DNA from: Asticcacaulis sp. | Lineage (GTDB): Bacteria > Pseudomonadota > Alphaproteobacteria > Caulobacterales > Caulobacteraceae | Assembly (NCBI GenBank): GCA_047605545.1 | Contig: JASGFL010000003.1 | Coordinates: 14,755 to 78,754, forward strand | Length of the DNA: 64,000 bases | Direction: 5' to 3' | Shown: piece after piece, positions 19,971 to 28,217 of the stretch | Position numbering within the stretch: position 1 is the first letter of the stretch | Layout of the letters: each line of letters opens with the position of its first letter | Program-made: the position numbers and the translations under genes | The notes under the pieces: model-generated | Told to the model about the DNA's origin: nothing | What the model saw: only the letters and a program-made list of their open reading frames with translations | The model's database searches: none

Positions 19971-20906
19971 ATGATCCGGACACTTTTAACCGGCGTAATG
20001 GCCGCAGGTTTATTGCTGACGGCACCGGCAATGGCGGAAACCATCTCACCGACCGGCCCGACCAAACGGCTCTATGACGGGCCTGCGCCCGGTTCAGAAA
20101 GCTGGACACGCCCCGAAGTGGCCCAGACTCATGCGCGTGGCGTGGGTCTGTCCTATACCAATGTGCGTGACCCTGAGCTGACCCCTTATCTGCCCGAAGC
20201 CGGTAAGGCCAATGGCGCGGCGGCGATCATCCTGCCGGGCGGGGGGCTAAGGGGCCTGTCGGTTGGGCAGGATACCGAAGACATGATCCGCCTGCTGAAC
20301 GATAAGGGCGTCGCGGTGTTTGTCCTTAAATACCGTACCCTGCAAAGAGAGGTAGAGGCACCGCGTCCACCTGCGCCCGCTGGTGCCGCGCCTGCGCCAT
20401 TCCCCAATATGCCGATTGGCCCGTTGGCGAATGCCAATCCGGCACCGGATGATGCGGGCCTGACCGAGGTGCTGCGACTGGCCGGAGATGATGCGCGGCT
20501 GGCGCTGAAAATGGTGCGGGCGGATGCCAGCGCACTGGGGATTGATCCCAAACGCGTCGGCTTTATCGGTACCTCTGCCGGTGGGGGTGTGGCGATGAAT
20601 GTCATTCTGGATCCGCAAGGCGAAATGCCGGATTTCTTTGTGTCGATCTTTGGCCCGTCGCTTCAGGATGTGGTCGTGCCGGACAATGCTCCGCCTTTGT
20701 TTATCGCGACCGAAACCCCGCACGGACAGGTGACCAACGGCTTGCTGGCGCTTTATCTTCTGTGGAAGAATGCCGGTAAGTCGGCAGAGCTTCATGCCTA
20801 TAATGTGCCGAACTTCACCATGCCGGTATCGCTTTATGGCCCGCGCATGATTGAGTTTCTGGAATCCAGCCATCTGTTCAAACCGGCCACAGCCCCAGCA
20901 CAGTAA
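19971..20906 (+). CDS. Secreted alpha/beta-hydrolase-fold protein (BD-FAE/xylan esterase-like)
   Basis: Signal peptide from MIRTLL (ribosome-binding site GGGAAG), IILPGGG oxyanion loop, VFVLKYR, GFIGTSAGG nucleophile elbow, AGKSAELH. Confidence 0.8.
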   Translation: MIRTLLTGVMAAGLLLTAPAMAETISPTGPTKRLYDGPAPGSESWTRPEVAQTHARGVGLSYTNVRDPELTPYLPEAGKANGAAAIILPGGGLRGLSVGQDTEDMIRLLNDKGVAVFVLKYRTLQREVEAPRPPAPAGAAPAPFPNMPIGPLANANPAPDDAGLTEVLRLAGDDARLALKMVRADASALGIDPKRVGFIGTSAGGGVAMNVILDPQGEMPDFFVSIFGPSLQDVVVPDNAPPLFIATETPHGQVTNGLLALYLLWKNAGKSAELHAYNVPNFTMPVSLYGPRMIEFLESSHLFKPATAPAQ

Positions 20907-20997
20907 TAGCCCGATACCCATAAACAGAACGCCGGAACAGGGGCCGGTAATGGCCCGAAAACGGCGACATAAAAGAAAAAGAATCAGGAGAACAGGG

Positions 20998-22788
20998 ATG
21001 AAAACGAGAACCGCATTACTGACGGCCGTGGCCATGGTCTTTGCCGCACCGGTCTTTGCCCAGACCGCAGCCGTCAGCGCCCCCTATCAGGCGACCGCCA
21101 GCTATAACGGCTATCAGACGGAATCCGTTTATATCGACAGCTATGACGGTACGCGGCTTGCGGTAACGATCCGCAGGCCGTCGCTGAATGGGGTTGTAGC
21201 CACCACGCCCCTGCCGGTTATTGTCACACAGGACCGTACCGGTGAGGCCGAGGAAAGACGCAAACCGGCGATCGATTATTTTACCTCGCACGGCTATGTC
21301 TGGGTGTCGCAGGATCGGCGCGGGACGGGTGCGTCCTTTGGTCTGCAAACCGGCTTTGTTAATCAGGCCGATGCACTGGATGCCAAGGCAGTGATTGAAT
21401 GGGCAGCGGTTCAGGATTTCAGCAACCGCAAGGTTGTGGCCTATGGCTGTTCCAATCAGGCCGCCTGGCAGTATCTGGTGGCGGCACATGACCCTGAGCA
21501 TCTGGTGGCTATGGCGCCGGCCTGCGCTAGCCCGCAGTTCTTTGATCACGGCATGAGCATGAACGGTATTCCGCTCTATCCGGCGTCGGCCACCGGCTAT
21601 ACTGGCGAATGTAAACGTCCGGCAGGTGGTGCGCGTCCGGGCGGTACCGCGCCGCCGCCGGTGCAGCCGGTCGATGCGGATACCGATGGTGCCTTGCTGA
21701 ATATCACCCAGACCAACCAGAGATGTGGTTCCGGCCCGTTTGGTCAGTACTGGCTGAACATGACCCGTGATGCGGTGCATCCCTATCTCAACTATCAGCC
21801 GGCCCTGACGGATACGGTCATTAACCGTCATGAAAAGGTCAAGGCTGCGGGCATTCCTATGTTGCAGATCGGCGGCTGGTTCGATGCTGGTGTCGAAGGT
21901 CAGTTCACCGGTTATCGCCTGTGGGGCGGTCGTATCATTCAGGGGCCGTGGACGCATGGTAATCGTGCCGTTCCTGACACCAATTATCCGGCGGCGACGA
22001 TTGATCTGAATGCGGAAACCCTGCGCTGGTACGACCATTATGCCAAGGGCGTGGACAACGGAGCGGATAAGGCCGGTATTCTCTACTATACCTTCAATGC
22101 CCCTGCCGGAACGGAGTGGCGCGAAACGGCCGTGTGGCCTTTGCCGAATACGCAGGCCACTACCTATTACCTCAATGACAAAGGCCTGAGCGTCAGGGCA
22201 CCGTCAAAATCGGGCAAGCCCGCAACCTATACCCATGACGCTTCGGTCAGTTGGTTCGATGGCAAATATGCCCCGCTGGCGCATGGCTGGGCCGGTGATA
22301 TGCGCGCCAGTGATGCCAAGAGTCTGGTGCACACGCTCAGCCCGCTCGGCAAGGATACCCAGATGACCGGTACGCCGGTGGCCAAGTTGTGGGTCAGTGC
22401 CGATGTCGAGGATATCAACGTCTTTGCCGTCCTTGAGGATGTCGCGCCGGACGGACGTTCAACCTATGTGACGGATGGACGTTTGCGGGCCTCATGGCGT
22501 CAGTTGCACACCCCTGCGTGGGGCGGGCAGGAAAACTGGCACCGCGGCTACAGCGAAGATCTAGTGAAGCTGAAAGCGGGGGAGCCGGTGGAGATGGTGT
22601 TCGACTTTTTCCCCATCTCCTATGTGTTCAAAGCCGGACACAGCCCACGGGTCAGCATCGTTACCCATATCGGACAGGACTATCAGCAACCCGATGCCGT
22701 CAAACAGGCCGCAAAGCCGCCGGTGCTTACGGTCTACCGTGACGCGCAACATCCTTCGGCAGTCATTTTGCCGCTGGTGCAAGAGTAA
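20998..22788 (+). CDS. Secreted CocE/NonD-family serine hydrolase (CocE-1)
   Basis: Signal peptide, DGTRLA, DRRGTGASFG, YGCSNQA, GGWFD, GPWTH, C-terminal jelly-roll (VTDGRLRAS, YVFKAGH). Start follows a CAGGAG ribosome-binding site. Confidence 0.85.
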   Translation: MKTRTALLTAVAMVFAAPVFAQTAAVSAPYQATASYNGYQTESVYIDSYDGTRLAVTIRRPSLNGVVATTPLPVIVTQDRTGEAEERRKPAIDYFTSHGYVWVSQDRRGTGASFGLQTGFVNQADALDAKAVIEWAAVQDFSNRKVVAYGCSNQAAWQYLVAAHDPEHLVAMAPACASPQFFDHGMSMNGIPLYPASATGYTGECKRPAGGARPGGTAPPPVQPVDADTDGALLNITQTNQRCGSGPFGQYWLNMTRDAVHPYLNYQPALTDTVINRHEKVKAAGIPMLQIGGWFDAGVEGQFTGYRLWGGRIIQGPWTHGNRAVPDTNYPAATIDLNAETLRWYDHYAKGVDNGADKAGILYYTFNAPAGTEWRETAVWPLPNTQATTYYLNDKGLSVRAPSKSGKPATYTHDASVSWFDGKYAPLAHGWAGDMRASDAKSLVHTLSPLGKDTQMTGTPVAKLWVSADVEDINVFAVLEDVAPDGRSTYVTDGRLRASWRQLHTPAWGGQENWHRGYSEDLVKLKAGEPVEMVFDFFPISYVFKAGHSPRVSIVTHIGQDYQQPDAVKQAAKPPVLTVYRDAQHPSAVILPLVQE

Positions 22789-22841
22789 TTCGGGAAGCAA
22801 TACTGTGATTGTGCAGAGAACAAGTGTCTTGAGAGGCCCTT

Positions 22842-24332
22842 ATGGCACGTAAAAAATATGTCGTTGCCCTGACGACGGCTCTGGGGTTCCTGACGGCGGG
22901 AGCCTTTGCCGCCGGTGCCCTGTCTGCGCGCCCGTGGTGGGCACCGGGCGACGGGCGACTGTTCAAGGCGCAGGAAGACTATGTCCATGCCGATGGTGTG
23001 CTGCGCACTATACTTGAGGGCGGAGACATTGACACCAAAGGCCATGCCTTCTTTGAGCCGATGGGTAAGGATGGTCGCGCCTGTGTCACCTGTCACCAGC
23101 CTGCCGACGGGATGGGGTTGTCGGTTGAAAGCATCAAGGCCCAGTGGACGGCAACCAAGGGCAAGGATCCGCTGTTTGCGGCCTATGATGGTTCAAACTG
23201 TCTGACCCTGCCTCAGGGCATTGAGGCATCACATTCCCTGCTGCTTGAGCACGGCCTGATCCGTATTCAGCGGCCCTGGCCGCCCAAGGATGTCGCGCCT
23301 GACTTTGACATTGAGGTCGTGCGCGACCCCTATGGCTGTAATACCGGCAAGACCTTTGGCCTGACGGCCAGTACCCCGACCGTGTCGGTTTACCGGCGAC
23401 CGCGTCCGGTGGCCAATATGAAGTTCCTTCTGGCCATGGGCTTTGCCTATGACCCTAAGGACGGCATGCCGTTACGGGTTGATCCGGAAACCGGCAGGCA
23501 GGCGACCGGCAATCTGATGGCGGATGCCCGTCATCCGTCGCTTAAGGCGCAGTTGTTGGATGCCGGTGATACTCACCTTCAGATGTTTGAGGCCTTTACG
23601 CCCGCCCAGCAGGCTCAGATCATCGATTTCGAGAACCGTATCTTTACCGCCCAGATCAAAGGGCCGGGGGGTGTTGATCTTGATCAGGGCGGAGCCATTG
23701 GCGGGCCTAAGGCGCTGATGGAAACGCAGGCCGGACTTCTGGGTGGCTCGACCCGTCCGGTCTGGAGCGAATTTCAGGCATGGGAAAACATGTCGGCCAG
23801 CGAAAAGGCCTCCCTGCCAAAGGATGTGGTTGCCTATCGTGAATCAGTGGCGCGTGGTGCAAGGGTTTTCAGGGAAAAGACCTTCATCATCTATGACAGT
23901 GCCGGTATTAACTCACCCGTAGGCTTCGGCAATCCCGTGCGCAATTCCTGCGTCTTCTGTCACAATATGGCGGGTATGGGCAATGATGTGGCCCCCGGTC
24001 AGGTCGATCTTGGGACCACCACCCAGCCCTTCAGTGATCCGGCACCGCATCTGCCCCTGTTCCGTATTACCTGTAAGGGGCCGCCGCATCCGCACTATGG
24101 CCGCGTTATTCTTACCAGTGACCCCGGCTATGGTCTGACCTCCGGCAAATGCGCCGATGTAGGCAAGATCACCCTGCAATCCCTGCGTGGCCTATCGACG
24201 CGCGCACCCTATTTCGTCAATGGCACCGCCAAGGACCTCAGGGGCGTGATCGATTACTACGAACGCCGGTACAATATCGGCTACACCGAACAGGAAAAGG
24301 TCGATCTGATTAATCTCATGAAGGCATTGTGA
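22842..24332 (+). CDS. Secreted di-haem c-type cytochrome of the bCCP/MauG superfamily
   Basis: Signal peptide; CxxCH at 23082-23096 (CVTCH) and 23949-23963 (CVFCH); C-terminal SDPG...GK...LRGL..RAPYF.NG...L..VIDYY...EK.DLI pattern. Confidence 0.75.
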   Translation: MARKKYVVALTTALGFLTAGAFAAGALSARPWWAPGDGRLFKAQEDYVHADGVLRTILEGGDIDTKGHAFFEPMGKDGRACVTCHQPADGMGLSVESIKAQWTATKGKDPLFAAYDGSNCLTLPQGIEASHSLLLEHGLIRIQRPWPPKDVAPDFDIEVVRDPYGCNTGKTFGLTASTPTVSVYRRPRPVANMKFLLAMGFAYDPKDGMPLRVDPETGRQATGNLMADARHPSLKAQLLDAGDTHLQMFEAFTPAQQAQIIDFENRIFTAQIKGPGGVDLDQGGAIGGPKALMETQAGLLGGSTRPVWSEFQAWENMSASEKASLPKDVVAYRESVARGARVFREKTFIIYDSAGINSPVGFGNPVRNSCVFCHNMAGMGNDVAPGQVDLGTTTQPFSDPAPHLPLFRITCKGPPHPHYGRVILTSDPGYGLTSGKCADVGKITLQSLRGLSTRAPYFVNGTAKDLRGVIDYYERRYNIGYTEQEKVDLINLMKAL

Positions 24333-25150
24333 TGCAGGCTCCGTCTTTTTTCAAAATGAACCTGCCTTCGGGCAAAAGCCTTGCGGCTACGGGTCTTCTG
24401 ATGGCCATGATCCTGTCGGCCACTCAGGCGGCGGCTACGGACATCAAGGTTCTGGCCTGCCCCATATATCGCGACGCCAATCTGATGCGGGTGGCGGGGT
24501 GCTGGCTGGTGGATGATCCGCTGACGGGCATACGTTATGATGTGTCCGACACGGTTTCACGTCCCGACTGGAACTATGCGGTTCTGGTTGAGGGGCGTCT
24601 GGCGAAGGATACCAACGGGGGCTGCGGCGGGCTGAGGCTTGAGTCCCTAAGAACCTCGGTCATGTATGACATGCCCTGTACCCGACATATGCTGCCGGCG
24701 GATGGCTATTCCGGACGTGACCGCTATCGGGCGGCGCGCAATGTTCAGCCGACCCATGCCTTAAGGCCTGAGATCGCCAAACCCCATACCGACAAGAGCT
24801 TTTATCTTTACTACGATTTCAACAAGAGCTTCGGCATCTATCAGTATGATGACTATCTTCTGGACGTGGCGATCCACCATATCCGTTCGGTGAAACCGGC
24901 GCGGATTATCGTTACGGGCTATGCCGATACGCGAAAGCAGATCGTCTCAGGCACCGAGATTTCAGAGACGGAGCAAATCGCCAGAGATCGTGCGGAAATG
25001 ACCGTCGAATCCCTGATAAGGCTTGGGGTCAAACCTGAGATGATCGAGATGCGTATTGCCGTCGATTCTCAGCCCATTGATGACGAAGGCGCGGACGGAC
25101 TGCCGGATCAGTCACGTCGGCGTTCCGAAATCCGCGTCCTGATGAATTAA
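24332..25150 (+). CDS. Secreted protein: N-terminal four-Cys domain of unknown function plus C-terminal OmpA-like domain
   Basis: YYDFNKS...IIVTGYAD...ARDRAEMTVESLIRLGV...RRRSEI resembles OmpA_C. Translationally coupled to the cytochrome (TGATG). Confidence 0.65.
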   Translation: MQAPSFFKMNLPSGKSLAATGLLMAMILSATQAAATDIKVLACPIYRDANLMRVAGCWLVDDPLTGIRYDVSDTVSRPDWNYAVLVEGRLAKDTNGGCGGLRLESLRTSVMYDMPCTRHMLPADGYSGRDRYRAARNVQPTHALRPEIAKPHTDKSFYLYYDFNKSFGIYQYDDYLLDVAIHHIRSVKPARIIVTGYADTRKQIVSGTEISETEQIARDRAEMTVESLIRLGVKPEMIEMRIAVDSQPIDDEGADGLPDQSRRRSEIRVLMN

Positions 25151-25284
25151 ACAGTTTGTGATGTCAGGAGGTGGTAATTCTGTTTCCTGATGGGGATGAG
25201 CGGACTAAAATCCTGAGATGAACAATCCCGCCGTCCTCAGTGATGTGCGGGATTTTACACGTCATATTTTTCAAGGACAGACCT

Positions 25285-26265
25285 GTGCCTAATGCCTCAA
25301 TTGCCGGAAGCCCTGTAAATCCCCTTGGTCTGGGGGCGATGAATTTGTGTCATGCCTATGGCGTGGCCCCCACTTACGAAGACGGCATCAGGCTGTTGCA
25401 GCGGGCGCTGGATCTGGGGGTAAACCACATTGATACCGCTGCATTGTACGGGTTTGGTAAGAGCGAAACCATGGTCGGTGAGGCCCTGAAAGGGCGGCGG
25501 CAGTCTGCGTTTCTGGCCTCAAAATGCGGCATGACCGGTGTGAACGGCAAGCGGGTCATCGACGGTCGGCCTGAGACGCTTAAGGCGACCATAGATGAGG
25601 CGCTGACGCGTCTTCAGACTGACTATGTCGATCTTTATTATCTGCATCGGCTGGACCCGAACGTGCCGATCGAAGAGTCGGTGGGGGCGATGGCCGATAT
25701 GGTTTCTGCGGGTAAGGTCAGGGCGCTTGGTCTGTCCGAAGTCTCAGCAGATACGCTGAAGCGGGCGCATGCCGTGCATCCGATTGCCGCCTTACAGACC
25801 GAATATTCCCTGTGGTCACGTAATGCAGAGATTGCGGTGTTAGAGGCCACCCAAGCCATAGGGGCCGCGTTTGTGGCCTTTTCGCCGGTCGGTCGCGGGT
25901 TTCTGGCCGGAGGGGTCACAGATCTGAATTTTGCCGAACGCGATATTCGTATCCCTATGCCGAGATTTCAAAGCCCGAATTTTGAAAAGAACCTTGAGCT
26001 GTATCGCGCCCTGAAAAATCTGGCGGATCTGTCAGGAGTCACACCGGCGCAACTGTCCTTGCGTTGGGTATTGGCTCAGGCGGCGCACATCCATGTTATC
26101 CCCGGCACAAGATCAGTGCCTCATCTTGAGGAAAACGCGGCGACGCCTGAGATTGATGCGGCGGTGCTTGAGGCCGCAGGTCGCCTGATTAATCAGCAGA
26201 CCGTGTCCGGCCCCCGCTATCCGGCAGATGTGCAAAAGGATATTGATACCGAAGAATTTACCTGA
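25285..26265 (+). CDS. Aldo/keto reductase
   Basis: LGLGAM, catalytic tetrad in IDTAALYG, LASKCG and YYLHRLD, LQTEYSLW, IPGTRSVPHLEEN. GTG start after AAGGAC. Confidence 0.9.
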   Translation: MPNASIAGSPVNPLGLGAMNLCHAYGVAPTYEDGIRLLQRALDLGVNHIDTAALYGFGKSETMVGEALKGRRQSAFLASKCGMTGVNGKRVIDGRPETLKATIDEALTRLQTDYVDLYYLHRLDPNVPIEESVGAMADMVSAGKVRALGLSEVSADTLKRAHAVHPIAALQTEYSLWSRNAEIAVLEATQAIGAAFVAFSPVGRGFLAGGVTDLNFAERDIRIPMPRFQSPNFEKNLELYRALKNLADLSGVTPAQLSLRWVLAQAAHIHVIPGTRSVPHLEENAATPEIDAAVLEAAGRLINQQTVSGPRYPADVQKDIDTEEFT

Positions 26266-26291
26266 GGACGGTCTGTGCCGTCCGAAACGTC

Positions 26292-26325
26292 AAAAAAAAG
26301 GGGGCGAACATGAAAATTCGCCCCC
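26292..26325 (-). terminator. Intrinsic terminator of the CoA-transferase / dehydratase-like / CocE-2 operon
   Basis: Stem GGGGGCGAA / TTCGCCCCC with T8 on the minus strand. Confidence 0.8.
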
Positions 26326-26335
26326 ACAGGATGAA

Positions 26336-28201
26336 CTATTTGACGGGTTTGCCGATCATGTTCGGCCGATTGTAGCCACCCAGCACCTTATCGAGCGCGG
26401 CGTCGCGTGTATCGACATCGGGAACCTCAAGGTAGGACGGATGGTTGGCATCAAGGTGCAGCTTCACCGGTGCCGGAGACTCAGGCCCTGCCAGAGGGGG
26501 GCGCGTCGTCACGGCCAGACGCAGAAGATCGCCCGGACGGAAGGTGAAAGCCGTCGGTGTCAGGGCAATATCAATGGCCACAGGCGCATCTGAGGTCAGT
26601 GGCTGATGGTCAGCGCGGGCATGGGTTTGCCAGGGGACACCATCCACCTTGTAAGGGGCGGTGCCGGTTTTACGGTGCGATACGCGCAAAGCGCCACGGG
26701 CGATGGTCTCGGTGCCGCCCATAACGTGCGCGCTTTCGAGATAGACATAGATGTCCGCATCGGCCTGTTCGGAGGAGACCCACAGACGCACCGTCGGAGA
26801 GCCTATGATCTCGCGCCAGTCTTCCTGAGCGGGTAGGGTAAAGGTCGCGCTGTAAGGATCAATGCCAGTACGCGGCAGGCCGTAATAGACGTGCGGCGTG
26901 GTCGTCGGCACATTGGCCAGCTCAACCGCCGGAAGGTCAGAGGCCGGTTTATCTGCCGACAATGAGCCGCCGATCAGCGAAGGCTGAAGGACGCGCGCAC
27001 GCGGCTGACCCGGCGGGGTATCCATATTGAGATAGTAGCGTGTGCGCGGCACATCCTGCGTCCAGTGTTCCAGCGCCCGCCATTCGGTGCCGTCTGCTGC
27101 GCGGGTGACATAGGTATGGATCGGCGGGCCGTCCATTACACCGTTCGGTGTCCCTTTCAGCCAGTAATCAAAAAAGCGCAGGCGTTCGGTATCCAGCGCA
27201 AAACCGGGCGATTCACAGTGATGCCAGTTGCCGAAGGTCAGTTTGGTATTGGGGCCGGCATTCAGATAATGATGGATCGTCTGGTCGGGATAGACATCAT
27301 AATAGCCGCCATAAAGATAAAGGGCAGCCCCTGCTTTCATGGTTTCGGCATCCGGATAGAAGCTGCCGGTCTTCCACCACTGATCCTTGGTGTAGGGGTT
27401 GATGTCATCACGAAACGGCGTTGACGCAAAAAACTGACCGGTCGGCGTATTCAGCTTGCGACCTTCGAGTGCCTTGGCCAGTTCTGTGCGGTTAGGGTCA
27501 GCATCGACTTCAACCACGCGTTCGCTGGCGGTGACTTCATCCGCCAGTCCTTTGGAGGCGATCCCGCCCTTACCAAAGGTATTGTACTGATCAAAGGTCG
27601 TCGTACCGGCGAAAACCGCCTTAAGGTGCGGCGGGCGTGACTTAAGCGCCTGAAGGGCGGTGGCCCCATAGTAAGAACAGCCCATCATGCCGATATTGCC
27701 ATTGCTCCACGGCTGAGCCGCCAGCCATTCGGTAATGTCATAGGCATCGGTGGTTTCATTGCGGTCGGCGGGGCCTGCGCGCACCCCGAACGAGGCGCCT
27801 TTGCCGCGTACATCGGCGACGGCAAAGGCATAGCCGTGGTTCAGCATATCCAGCGGCAGGCGCGAGCCGGTCTCAAGCTTGCCGTCAGAACGGCGTGTAG
27901 ACCGGTTATAGGGGGTGAAAATCCAGACTGTCGGAAAGGCTTCGTTGGTGAGTTGCCCGTTACGGGTCGGACGGTAAATATCGACCGCCAGCCGCGTACC
28001 GTCGCGTGCGGTCATATATTCAGAGGTGCGGACATGACCATCATAGGTGGGAATGGAATAGCCGCTGTAACGGCCAAATTCAGAAATCTTTTCGGTCTTT
28101 GCGGCGGGACTTTCCTGCGCGCTGACTATGGTCGCAGACAGGGCAAGGGCTGTGCCGAGGCACAGGGCCAGACGCCAGCCTTTTCGGTTAGATACAGGCA
28201 T
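26336..28201 (-). CDS. Secreted CocE/NonD-family serine hydrolase (CocE-2)
   Basis: Signal peptide, RDGTRLAVDIYRP, FTPY, DVRGKGASFG, WSNGNIGMMGCSYYG, GGYYD, GNWHHC. Confidence 0.88.
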   Translation of the reverse strand: MPVSNRKGWRLALCLGTALALSATIVSAQESPAAKTEKISEFGRYSGYSIPTYDGHVRTSEYMTARDGTRLAVDIYRPTRNGQLTNEAFPTVWIFTPYNRSTRRSDGKLETGSRLPLDMLNHGYAFAVADVRGKGASFGVRAGPADRNETTDAYDITEWLAAQPWSNGNIGMMGCSYYGATALQALKSRPPHLKAVFAGTTTFDQYNTFGKGGIASKGLADEVTASERVVEVDADPNRTELAKALEGRKLNTPTGQFFASTPFRDDINPYTKDQWWKTGSFYPDAETMKAGAALYLYGGYYDVYPDQTIHHYLNAGPNTKLTFGNWHHCESPGFALDTERLRFFDYWLKGTPNGVMDGPPIHTYVTRAADGTEWRALEHWTQDVPRTRYYLNMDTPPGQPRARVLQPSLIGGSLSADKPASDLPAVELANVPTTTPHVYYGLPRTGIDPYSATFTLPAQEDWREIIGSPTVRLWVSSEQADADIYVYLESAHVMGGTETIARGALRVSHRKTGTAPYKVDGVPWQTHARADHQPLTSDAPVAIDIALTPTAFTFRPGDLLRLAVTTRPPLAGPESPAPVKLHLDANHPSYLEVPDVDTRDAALDKVLGGYNRPNMIGKPVK

Positions 28202-28217
28202 TTCTTTTTCCTCCGGA

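Noticed and set aside
20790-20906. Frameshift explanation for the missing catalytic His in the alpha/beta hydrolase
   Set aside because: The frame continues to a plausible final helix (RMIEFL) and stop; no alternative-frame GHGF motif was noticed.
21016-22038. 340-aa minus-strand ORF
   Set aside because: Lies wholly opposite CocE-1, has no family motifs and an Arg/Thr-rich shadow composition.
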